Below, piece by piece: positions 7,142 to 14,744 of a stretch of 20,004 nucleotides of DNA. Position numbers and translations under genes: made by a program. Position 1 is the stretch's first letter; every line of letters starts with the position of its first letter. This stretch comes from an uncultured Lyngbya sp. (GTDB taxonomy: Bacteria > Cyanobacteriota > Cyanobacteriia > Cyanobacteriales > Microcoleaceae). The DNA lies in contig CAYNXM010000357.1 of NCBI GenBank assembly GCA_964401105.1, positions 1 through 20,004 of the forward strand, given 5' to 3'. The notes below the pieces were generated by a model. The model was not told where the DNA came from, searched no databases, and worked only from the letters and a program-made list of their open reading frames with translations.

Positions 7142-9109
7142 TTATGCACCACCGCGTAATTTTTCCAGTACACTGAGATCTTGTAAGGTGGAAGTATCTC
7201 CGGCAATTTCTTCACCTGCTGCTAGGTTTCGTAAAAAGCGCCGCATAATTTTACCGGAACGAGTTTTAGGTAAATCATCGGTAAAGCGAATTTCACCTGG
7301 ACGGGCAATCGGCCCAATTTCTTGCACGACGTGTTGTTTTAGGGTTTTATTTAATTCCTCACTAGCTGCCTCATTTCCTTCTAAGGTGACAAAAGCAACA
7401 ATTTCCTCCCCTTTGACTTCATCAGGTCTGCCTACTACTGCGGCTTCTGCTACTGCCGGATGAGACACTAAAGCCGACTCAATTTCCATCGTTCCCAAAC
7501 GGTGTCCGGCTACACTAATAACATCATCCACACGACCCATTACCCAGAAATAACCATCTTCATCTCTGTGAGCACCATCTCCAGCAAAATAAACATAATT
7601 GCCATCTTTAGGGGGAATAAACTCCCAATAGCTGCGACGATAGCGTTCTGGGTTACCATAAACCGTTCGCATCATACTCGGCCAGGGATGTTTTATGACT
7701 AAATATCCGCCGTCATTGCCTTCAACAGGGTTGCCTGAACCATCGACAATATCAGCAATAATTCCAGGGAAGGGTAACGTGGCTGAACCAGGTTTTGTGG
7801 GGGTTGCACCGGGTAACGGGGTTAACATAAATCCTCCAGTTTCCGTTTGCCACCAGGTATCCACAATCGGACAGCGTTCAGCACCAATTACGCGATGATA
7901 CCACATCCAAGCTTCGGGATTAATCGGTTCGCCAACCGTTCCCAATAGCCGCAAAGACGATAAATTACGGGCGTTAGGATGCTTGTCTCCCATTTTCATC
8001 AATGCCCGAATAGCAGTGGGGGCAGTATAAAAAATCGTTACCCCTTGTTTTTCCACCACATCCCATAAACAGCCAGGGTTAGACGGACGAGGGGCACTTT
8101 CATACATCACCGTCGTTGCCCCATTCGATAACGGCCCATACACAATATAACTATGACCTGTAATCCAACCCACATCAGCAGTACACCAAAAGACATCTGT
8201 ATCTTGTAAATCAAACGTCCATTTGTTGGTCACATGAGTATAAAGGTTATAACCACCTGTCGTATGAACAACACCCTTAGGCTTTCCAGTCGTACCACTT
8301 GTATAAAGGATAAATAGCATATCCTCACTATCCATTGGTTCAGCCGGACAGTCGGGTGAGGCATCCGCTTTTAATTCATGCCACCAATGATCTCGACCCG
8401 CTTCCATGTTAATATCCTGACCAGTGCGTTTCACCGTTAACACATTTTCAACACTGGAAGCGCCTAATTCTATCGCTTTATCGACTTGATCTTTCAGCGC
8501 AACAATAGCATCTTTACGCCAACCGCCATCAGCCGTAATCACTAATTTTGCTTCAGCATCCACTAATCGATCTTTTAACGCTTCGGCACTAAACCCACCA
8601 AACACAACCGTATGCGGCGCACCAATTCTGGCACAAGCCAACATCGCGATCGCGGCTTCTGGTATCATCGGCATATAAATTCCGATGCGATCGCCTTTTT
8701 GCGCCCCCAACTGCTTCAGCACATTTGCCATTTGACAAACTTCTCGATGCAGTTGAGCATAAGTTAAAGTGCGAGAATCTCCCGGTTCCCCTTCCCAAAT
8801 TAAAGCGGCTTTGTTACGTCGCCAAGTCGCCAGATGCCGATCTAAACAATTGTAGGAAATATTAATTTTACCACCGACAAACCACTTGGCAATTGGCGGT
8901 TGCCAGTCCAGTACTGTATCCCATTTCTCAAACCAGTGTAATTCTTTTTCTGCCAATTCTGCCCAAAATCCTTCCGGGTCGGCTTTCGCTTGATCGTAAA
9001 GTTGTTGATATTGCTCTAAACTTTGAATATGGGCATTTTGCGAGAACTCTGTCGGCGGCTCAAACAGGCGTTGCTCATGTAAAATCGATTCAATAGTAGG
9101 TTGTGACAT
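7142..9109 (-). CDS. acs: Acetyl-CoA synthetase (AMP-forming)
   Basis: The motifs [34 protein letters not shown] and [11 protein letters not shown] are present. I trimmed the start to the ATG at 9107-9109 ([19 protein letters not shown]...), the usual Acs N-terminus. The 33 extra codons in the track ORF look like upstream read-through. Confidence 0.95.
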   Translation of the reverse strand: MSQPTIESILHEQRLFEPPTEFSQNAHIQSLEQYQQLYDQAKADPEGFWAELAEKELHWFEKWDTVLDWQPPIAKWFVGGKINISYNCLDRHLATWRRNKAALIWEGEPGDSRTLTYAQLHREVCQMANVLKQLGAQKGDRIGIYMPMIPEAAIAMLACARIGAPHTVVFGGFSAEALKDRLVDAEAKLVITADGGWRKDAIVALKDQVDKAIELGASSVENVLTVKRTGQDINMEAGRDHWWHELKADASPDCPAEPMDSEDMLFILYTSGTTGKPKGVVHTTGGYNLYTHVTNKWTFDLQDTDVFWCTADVGWITGHSYIVYGPLSNGATTVMYESAPRPSNPGCLWDVVEKQGVTIFYTAPTAIRALMKMGDKHPNARNLSSLRLLGTVGEPINPEAWMWYHRVIGAERCPIVDTWWQTETGGFMLTPLPGATPTKPGSATLPFPGIIADIVDGSGNPVEGNDGGYLVIKHPWPSMMRTVYGNPERYRRSYWEFIPPKDGNYVYFAGDGAHRDEDGYFWVMGRVDDVISVAGHRLGTMEIESALVSHPAVAEAAVVGRPDEVKGEEIVAFVTLEGNEAASEELNKTLKQHVVQEIGPIARPGEIRFTDDLPKTRSGKIMRRFLRNLAAGEEIAGDTSTLQDLSVLEKLRGGA

Positions 9110-9357
9110 TATCGCTGATTGTAACTTTAGACACGATGCTTGATTATCTCTACATTTTGTATCGAAAGCGGCTTGTAGAATCTTTAGTTTAGTTAAAAAA
9201 TGCCTCAATTCTCAACAATTTAGTTATATAGCGCGATACGGCTAACGCCACTAGAAAAGCGAACGCAGTCAGCTTTATAACAATTTTCAAGAATACCCGG
9301 AATTGGATTCATATAACAGAAAGTATAAGTTATCGTCCTTAATAGCCACCTAAACTG

Positions 9358-9828
9358 ATGGAACCGATAGAATTGACTGTTGCCGCATTAGCATCCTTAA
9401 TGATAACGAAAGCCACAGGAAAAGTTGGAGACAAATTGGGGGATAAGATATTTGAACAAGGCGGAAATTTACTGCAACAGCTTCGCCGGAAGTCTCCTCA
9501 AACTGCATCGGCAATTGAAAAAGTTAACCAGACCCCTTTAAATTGGGATCAAGCGGTAATAGATGTTAAGGCAACAGCAGCAGACTATCCAGAGGTTGCC
9601 CAAATAGTTGAGGAAGTAGAAGCAACTATTAGTGATGATACAGAATTGAGAAAAACGTTAGAAGAAATTGCTGCAACGATTAAATCTCAGCCTGCAACCG
9701 TTCAGAATTCCGCCCAGTTAGCCGAGAAAATTAATGCTTTATTTCAGGGAACAACTATTACAGGTGGAAACGTTGGTAATACAGGCATGACAGGCAGTAC
9801 CATTCAAGGCGGTACATTTAATATATGA
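9358..9828 (+). CDS. Small alpha-helical protein with a hydrophobic N-terminal helix and a G/N/T-rich C-terminal tail (possible NLR-associated executioner/adaptor domain)
   Basis: The ORF is 156 aa. It begins MEPIELTVAALASLMITKATGKVG and continues with a charged helical body. The tail is FQGTTITGGNVGNTGMTGSTIQGGTFNI, followed by a TGA stop. It sits directly upstream of, and in the same frame as, the ancestral 5' end of the NB-ARC gene. Confidence 0.6.
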   Translation: MEPIELTVAALASLMITKATGKVGDKLGDKIFEQGGNLLQQLRRKSPQTASAIEKVNQTPLNWDQAVIDVKATAADYPEVAQIVEEVEATISDDTELRKTLEEIAATIKSQPATVQNSAQLAEKINALFQGTTITGGNVGNTGMTGSTIQGGTFNI

Positions 9829-9945
9829 CTGAATAGCCCTCAAACCTCTGCCCCCAAACCCCCAAAATTGGGGGCTTTGAGAGATTGGGACTTTGAGTCC
9901 GGTTCCCCCCAGAATTGGGGGGCTAGGGGGGCAAAACCCTATGAA
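9829..9945. repeat. Cluster of G/C-run hairpin mini-repeats between the helical ORF and the NB-ARC gene
   Basis: CCCCC-AAAATT-GGGGG lies at 9859-9874 and CCCCCC-AGAATT-GGGGGG at 9905-9922. CTTTGAG is duplicated at 9875-9881 and 9891-9897. The style matches the element at 1801-1868. Confidence 0.5.
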
Positions 9946-11544
9946 AACCTAGATCGACGCGGTATTACTGAACGCGATAAATTTGTTGGACGCGATTCTC
10001 TTGACAGAGAGGCTACGCCAACGCACACTTACAGAACTGTATCAATTATTGCAGCAAAATACCCAAGTTGCGATTACTGCCGCAGTCGTGGGTATGGGCG
10101 GCGTAGGTAAAACAGAACTGGCTATTCAATACGCCCGTCAACACCTCAATGACACTTACAAAGGCGGCGTATGCTTCCTGACTGGCAATAGTTTTATCTT
10201 GGAGTTAATTCAATTTGCCCGTCCTCGCTTCTTCCCGCAGAAGGACTTTAGCGGCTTTTCTGAAAAGGAACAATTAGACTATTGCTGGACACATTGGGCA
10301 GAAGGGAAAGTATTGTTAATTGTAGATGATGTCACAAACTACAAACAACAGGTTAAGCCCTATTTACCCAGTTCTCCTCGGTTTAAAATATTAGTTACCA
10401 CAAGAGAACAGATCTCTAACGTTACTCCTCTCAATTTAGAAGTCCTGCATCCCGAAGATGCCTTAAAATTACTTGAGTTTATCGTAGGGAAAAATCGCAT
10501 CGAAGCAGAAGCCGAAACCGCAAAAGAGTTGTGTCAATGGTTAGGCTATTTACCGTTGGGGTTAGAATTAGTTGGGCAATATTTAGCAGAAGATGAAGAT
10601 CTGTCTTTAGCGAAGATACTACAACGCCTGCAACGTAAACGCCTACAACATTCTTCACTAAAAGATGCAGATACAGCAGAAACCGCAAAATTAGGAGTCG
10701 CCGCAGCCTTTGAATTAAGCTGGGAGAGGTTGCAACAACAACCCGAAACCCAACAATTAGGCTGTTTATTATCGCTATTTTCTCCTGATGAGATATTGTG
10801 GGACTTAGTGGAAGCAGTATATCTCTATTGGCAAGGGAAGGATATTGATAGCGAAGATATTGAAGATAGCAGACGCAAATTAGTTAAACTCAGCCTATTT
10901 CAACAAAGCAAAGAGAAAGAGAACACCTATCGCCTGCATCAACTACTGCGGGAGTTTTTCCGCGACAAACTAGAACAACAAGCAGAGGCAGCGGCAATGA
11001 AACAAGCCTTTGTTACCACAATGGTTAATATTGCTTCTCAAATTCCTTACAATATTACAACGAAACAAATTAAACAAGTTGAACCTGCTATTAAACATAT
11101 CGAAGAAGTGGCTAACACTTTTGTTGAATTGTTACCCGATGAAAATTTAATTTTGCCATTTATTGGTTTAGGTCAGTTTTATGAAGGTCAGATCTTGTAT
11201 TCAGAAGCCGAACCTTTCTTTACTCCTCACAAGGGCGTTACAGTGAAGCTGAACCGTTGTTCAAACAAGCTTTAACAATGTATCAACGGCTATTTAAGGA
11301 AGATCATCCTGATGTGGCTAGAGGACTGAATAACTTAGGCGGACTTTACTCCTCTCAAGGACGTTACAGTGAGGCTGAACCGTTGTACAAAGATGCTTTA
11401 GAAATATTGATAAAAACAGTCGGTGAAGATCACCCTAATACTAAAACTTGTAGAGGAAACTTAATCAGATTTTCTAAGACAGTTAATGAATTGATTGAAT
11501 CTTTCATGTCTCAGTTTCAACAGTCAGAAAATTCATCCGAATAA
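9938..11544 (+). pseudogene. NB-ARC/TPR STAND NTPase (bacterial NLR-like), disrupted by a frameshift near 10000 and a collapsed, frameshifted TPR array
   Basis: The pre-P-loop motif NLDRRGITERDKFVGRD is in frame 1 (9944-9996). Walker A GMGGVGKT (10091-10114), Walker B VLLIVDDV and KILVTTRE are in frame 2. No ATG-initiated frame covers both segments. The frame-2 ORF stops at 11275, and the TPR motifs (LNNLGGLYSSQGRYSEAEPLYKDALEI) continue in frame 1 to 11544. Confidence 0.75.
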
Positions 11545-11560
11545 TAAGCTAAATTTTCTC

Positions 11561-11595
11561 ATCCCTGATTAAAATAAAAAACTAAATCATGGGAT
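11561..11595 (+). terminator. Hairpin downstream of the NLR remnant (weak terminator candidate)
   Basis: ATCCCTGATT (11561-11570) pairs with AATCA-t-GGGAT (11585-11595), followed by TATATCCTTATTTTA. Confidence 0.3.
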
Positions 11596-11764
11596 TATAT
11601 CCTTATTTTAGAATATTTTTGCAGAGAGTAAGTTGATTAGAATATGGATAATTGTGGATTCCTACCTACGTGGGAATGACAACTTATAGTCTGTCCTCTG
11701 TGTTATCAGTGTCTTTGTGGTTCTTTTCTTAAAATAAAATTCCTAAAAATTTAAATAGTAATAT

Positions 11765-12187
11765 CTACATATCGGGTTCAAAAAAATATTCAAATCCCTT
11801 CTGTTTTAATCCAGCTTTAAGTTTTTTGTCTCCTGTCCACAATAAACCTTGCAATTGCAATGTTAAAGCCACATGAGGTGTATCACTTACATCCACATCG
11901 CGACAATATTCATAAGCTAATGAGCGATTTTCAATTGCGATCAAGTCTTCTTTGTATAAATTAATCCGCCTCAATAAAATATGATAAACTTTAATCACTT
12001 CATCTTCTGTTAATTGACTACGCTGAATAATTTTTTCTTTTCGTTTAAAAAGTTCAACTAAGACTAGCTCACAAACAAATAAATTGTACTCTGATTTAAA
12101 AATAAATTCAGTGAACCGAGATTGCTCCCTTAGTAGTGAAGAAAATAAAATATTCGTATCAATAATTATCGGTGGCATCGACATCAT
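11765..12187 (-). CDS. PIN-domain ribonuclease toxin (VapC-like)
   Basis: IIIDTNILFSSLL is the first acidic PIN motif, and DVSDTPHVALTLQLQGLLWTGDKKL is the distal PIN motif region. The ATG overlaps the stop of the upstream small gene (TGATG). Confidence 0.8.
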   Translation of the reverse strand: MMSMPPIIIDTNILFSSLLREQSRFTEFIFKSEYNLFVCELVLVELFKRKEKIIQRSQLTEDEVIKVYHILLRRINLYKEDLIAIENRSLAYEYCRDVDVSDTPHVALTLQLQGLLWTGDKKLKAGLKQKGFEYFFEPDM

Positions 12188-12414
12188 CAATAACCAGTAA
12201 ACTTAGATTGAATACTTTCCCAAACTGCTTGATCAATCTCCAAGGCTAATTGATCTGCTTGTTCTCCTGTTAATTGACTTCGCTTGCGAATGGACTCTAA
12301 CTCTAGATAATCTAAAAACATTCTGAGTTGCTCTAAGTCGATTGACTCTCGGTTTAGCCGAACAACAATATCTTTATTTTCTAGTCTAATTGTGTAGTTT
12401 GATTGTTCTGACAT
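12187..12414 (-). CDS. Cognate small antitoxin-like protein of the PIN toxin
   Basis: I trimmed the track ORF to the ATG at 12412-12414 (MSEQSNYTIRLENKD...), giving 75 aa. The protein is acidic and helical at the C-terminus and is coupled to the PIN gene. No family is recognised, so the call rests on operon architecture. Confidence 0.55.
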   Translation of the reverse strand: MSEQSNYTIRLENKDIVVRLNRESIDLEQLRMFLDYLELESIRKRSQLTGEQADQLALEIDQAVWESIQSKFTGY

Positions 12415-12569
12415 TTTATTTTGAGAACTTGTCATTGATCTATCATTATTATAAATGACTCTCACTAAAACAGAGATAAAATTATGCGATCGCGTAATTG
12501 ACTTCACCATAAGTGGCTTTGTGATACTATATTATCATCAAGGTAAAATGCAGTCCTTAAAATAAGATT

Positions 12570-12860
12570 ATGCTAAATGGTATCAAACAACGAGGAGTTG
12601 TGAGTAAAGATGGCAAAATTGAAATTCAAATACCTGAACTCCCAGAAGGAACAATTGTTGAGGTTATCGTTTTAGTTGAGAAAGAAATAATAGAATCAGA
12701 TTGTAGTTCGCAAATTCCACAAGATACAACAGAATATTTACTCTCAAATGGATCTAATCGTCGTCATTTAATGACTGGAATTGAAAATATAGAAAATAAT
12801 ACTAATCTTGTTAGTTTTACTCAAGAGAAATGGGATGAGGAACATAACATTCACTCCTAA
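12570..12860 (+). CDS. Chimeric antitoxin with a YefM-type C-terminal toxin-binding tail on a non-YefM beta-rich N-terminal domain
   Basis: The C-terminus TTEYLLSNGSNRRHLMTGIENIENN resembles the E. coli YefM segment [22 protein letters not shown]. The N-terminus GVVSKDGKIEIQIPELPEGTIVEVIVLVEKE lacks the Phd/YefM fold signature and resembles AF2212/DUF104-type antitoxins. The gene overlaps the yoeB-like start. Confidence 0.65.
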   Translation: MLNGIKQRGVVSKDGKIEIQIPELPEGTIVEVIVLVEKEIIESDCSSQIPQDTTEYLLSNGSNRRHLMTGIENIENNTNLVSFTQEKWDEEHNIHS

Positions 12861-13098
12861 AGCCTTTGAAGATTTTAATAATTGGGCAATACAAGATAAG
12901 AAAACTTCTCGTAAGATTATTACTCTGATTAACGATATACTTCGTCAACCTTTTACTGGGTTGGGTAAACCTGAACCTTTGAAACATGAGCTGAAAGGAT
13001 ATTGGTCACGGCGCATTACTGATGAGCATCGTTTAGTCTATAAGGTTAGTGAGAATGCAATTATTATTCTAAGTTGTCGATTTCATTATGATGACTAA
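12835..13098 (+). CDS. yoeB: YoeB/Txe-family mRNA interferase toxin
   Basis: [33 protein letters not shown]....[10 protein letters not shown] is near-identical in pattern to E. coli YoeB ([31 protein letters not shown]...CRYHY). The start is set at the ATG at 12835 ([14 protein letters not shown]). Confidence 0.85.
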   Translation: [87 protein letters not shown]

Positions 13099-13107
13099 CC
13101 TGAAAGA

Positions 13108-13297
13108 GATTCTATATTGAGGCTAAATCATTATAGAAAGTTAAATGAAAACTATACAATTATACCTTGCAGTTCCGATAGAAACATATCGCTCTTTTTT
13201 CAGTCGAGATTTAGCACAGGCATCTGTACAAGAATATCAAGTTAAAATGATTATTTATGATTCTATGAATGAGGTAATAATACAATGGATAAACTAG
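13108..13297 (+). pseudogene. xisH: xisH remnant (C-terminal third only, with an internal frameshift)
   Basis: IQLYLAVPIETYRSFFSRDLAQASVQEYQVKMIIYDSMNEVIIQWIN matches the XisH C-terminus (..LYLAVP...Y..FF........YQVK(L/M)I.(F/Y)....E.I.QW.N). LNHYRKLNENY lies just upstream in another frame. The stop overlaps the xisI ATG, as in intact xisHI pairs. The N-terminal ~90 aa are absent. Confidence 0.6.
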
Positions 13298-13449
13298 AAA
13301 AAAAACGTCAAATAATTCAAGAATTTTTAATCAAGTACAGTGACTTTCAAATAAAAGAAGAACATATTGAAACTCAGTTAATATTTGATCCTGAACGAGA
13401 TCATTATCAAATATTAGAATTAGGTTGGGAAGGTTATGATCGAATTTAC
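13285..13449 (+). pseudogene. xisI: xisI remnant (N-terminal half)
   Basis: MDKLEKKRQIIQEFLIKY......IETQLIFDPERDHYQILELGWEGYDRIY fits the XisI N-terminal pattern. Past 13449 the plus-strand reading is merely the antisense of the MNT remnant. Confidence 0.7.
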
Positions 13450-13659
13450 AAAGGAAAGATGCATAAAGTTATCAAACGTTTTTTGATTCGGCTTAAACAT
13501 CACTAGAATATCAACATCACTTTGATTATTAATCTCAGTATCACGGACAAATGAACCGAAAATACCACAACGACTGATTCCAAAAGGTTGTAAATCCTGT
13601 TGATTTTTTTGCAGTAAAGATCAAACTTCAGCTTTCGTTTGTACAGGTATTGTTTGCAT
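13450..13659 (-). pseudogene. MNT-type nucleotidyltransferase (HEPN/MNT antitoxin-like) remnant, frameshifted and 3'-truncated
   Basis: The minus strand reads MQTIPVQTKAEV and then a stop. After a 1-nt shift it reads SLLQKNQQDLQPFGISRCGIFGSFVRDTEINNQSDVDILVMFKPNQKTFDNFMHLSF, which carries the GSxxRG..x..SDxDhhV nucleotidyltransferase motif. Homology stops at the junction with xisI. Confidence 0.65.
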
Positions 13660-13729
13660 AGATCATTAATTTGCGACCGAGGCGATCGCAAAGGAAATTA
13701 ATACAGAATATTTTATCTAATTTTTCTGA

Positions 13730-14704
13730 TTAAGGTGTTTGCCAAATTCGTTGATGATAATCTTCTAATTTCTCATAAGGATCGACGCTATCATGATTGT
13801 GGTTATGATTATGATCGTGATGATGGTGATGATGATGACCGTTAGAATCATCCGAAACCGCAGCTAAACGGAATTTACAAGCTTCACAATTCATCTGGAC
13901 TTGTCCGAGTTGGGTTTCAATTTCGCGATCGCGCAACAGATATAATAATTCTGAATGAATTCCCATTTCCGGTAAACAGTCCATCTGTACTTCAGGATGT
14001 TGCTGTTGTTGAAGGGTAGTAATATCAAAGATTTTCTTGACTAATACCCCTGTAAATAGGAAATAAGGCAAGACAATAATTCGTTTGGGTTTGTACAATA
14101 ACGCCCGACGAAAGCCTTCTTCTAGGCGCGGATGGGTAATACCGATAAAACAGGTTTCTACCGTGGAATAACCGCTGCCTTCCCACACCATCCGTGCTAA
14201 TTTATAAACATCGCCATTAGCATCCGGATCGCTTGCCCCCCGTCCGACAAATAGCAATACGGTCTCAGACCGAGGAATTTGCTGAGGATTATGTTGAGGG
14301 GAGTCTAATTCTGCTAAGCGAGTCTTCCAGAGTTGTAAAATTCTGGGGTGAATGCCGAAATGACGGCCATAATGAAACTGAACTTGAGGATAATGTTGGC
14401 GGGCATGGTCGAGTTCGTTAGTGATATCAAATTTGTTGTGGCGGGCGGCAAATAAGAGTAAGGGTAACGCCGATAAATCAGTATAACCTTGTTCGAGACA
14501 CTGAGTCACACCGTCTTCAATGGTGGGGGTGGTTAATTCCAAAAAACAAGGAATAACGGGGCGAGACTCATCTAAATTTTGATAAGCGGTAGCAAAGTCT
14601 AAAAAAGTTTGACGACCTTGATGATCGCGGGTGCCATGGCCAATCAGCAGTAAAGGACGTTGTAGCGGCAGTGGCGTCAAAGAATGTGTTGTGTTCAATT
14701 CCAT
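13730..14704 (-). CDS. cbiX: Sirohydrochlorin cobaltochelatase, long form (CbiX-type) with a His-rich C-terminal tail
   Basis: There are two chelatase halves ([10 protein letters not shown] and [17 protein letters not shown]). These are followed by NCEACKF and [17 protein letters not shown] cobalamin riboswitch lies in the 5' leader. Confidence 0.85.
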   Translation of the reverse strand: MELNTTHSLTPLPLQRPLLLIGHGTRDHQGRQTFLDFATAYQNLDESRPVIPCFLELTTPTIEDGVTQCLEQGYTDLSALPLLLFAARHNKFDITNELDHARQHYPQVQFHYGRHFGIHPRILQLWKTRLAELDSPQHNPQQIPRSETVLLFVGRGASDPDANGDVYKLARMVWEGSGYSTVETCFIGITHPRLEEGFRRALLYKPKRIIVLPYFLFTGVLVKKIFDITTLQQQQHPEVQMDCLPEMGIHSELLYLLRDREIETQLGQVQMNCEACKFRLAAVSDDSNGHHHHHHHDHNHNHNHDSVDPYEKLEDYHQRIWQTP

Positions 14705-14744
14705 TTTGTTAAACTTCTTTCCTTGTGACAGGCAGGATTGAGAG

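Noticed and set aside
7104-9096. Track ORFs antisense to or out of frame within acs (7104-7463, 7502-7702, 7695-7898, 8589-8798, 8893-9096)
   Set aside because: They are shadow ORFs inside a confidently identified acs gene and have no motifs of their own.
9231-9266. Possible dispersed repeat shared with 19762-19796 (GCGCGATA....GCGAACGC)
   Set aside because: By eye the similarity is limited to the two terminal 8-mers, with divergent interiors of different length. That is too weak to call a repeat family without a genome-wide search.
9826-9828. Programmed TGA read-through or selenocysteine joining the helical ORF to the NLR
   Set aside because: No SECIS-like hairpin follows immediately. The downstream gene is independently frameshifted twice, so pseudogenisation or a genuine stop is the simpler reading.
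9868-10110. 80-aa track ORF treated as an independent gene
   Set aside because: It is the frame-1 remnant of the NLR 5' region (it contains the FVGRD motif) read through G/C-hairpin repeats from a TTG. It is part of the pseudogene, not a separate gene.
13503-13691. 62-aa minus-strand track ORF
   Set aside because: It is the wrong frame of the MNT nucleotidyltransferase remnant. The homologous frames are the two described for 13450-13659.
13795-13845. A run of seven His codons that could suggest an engineered His-tag or vector sequence
   Set aside because: The run is internal to the C-terminal tail (more residues follow) and is embedded in a longer [10 protein letters not shown] stretch. Natural long-form CbiX chelatases carry His-rich tails, and no cloning-site or vector hallmarks are nearby.
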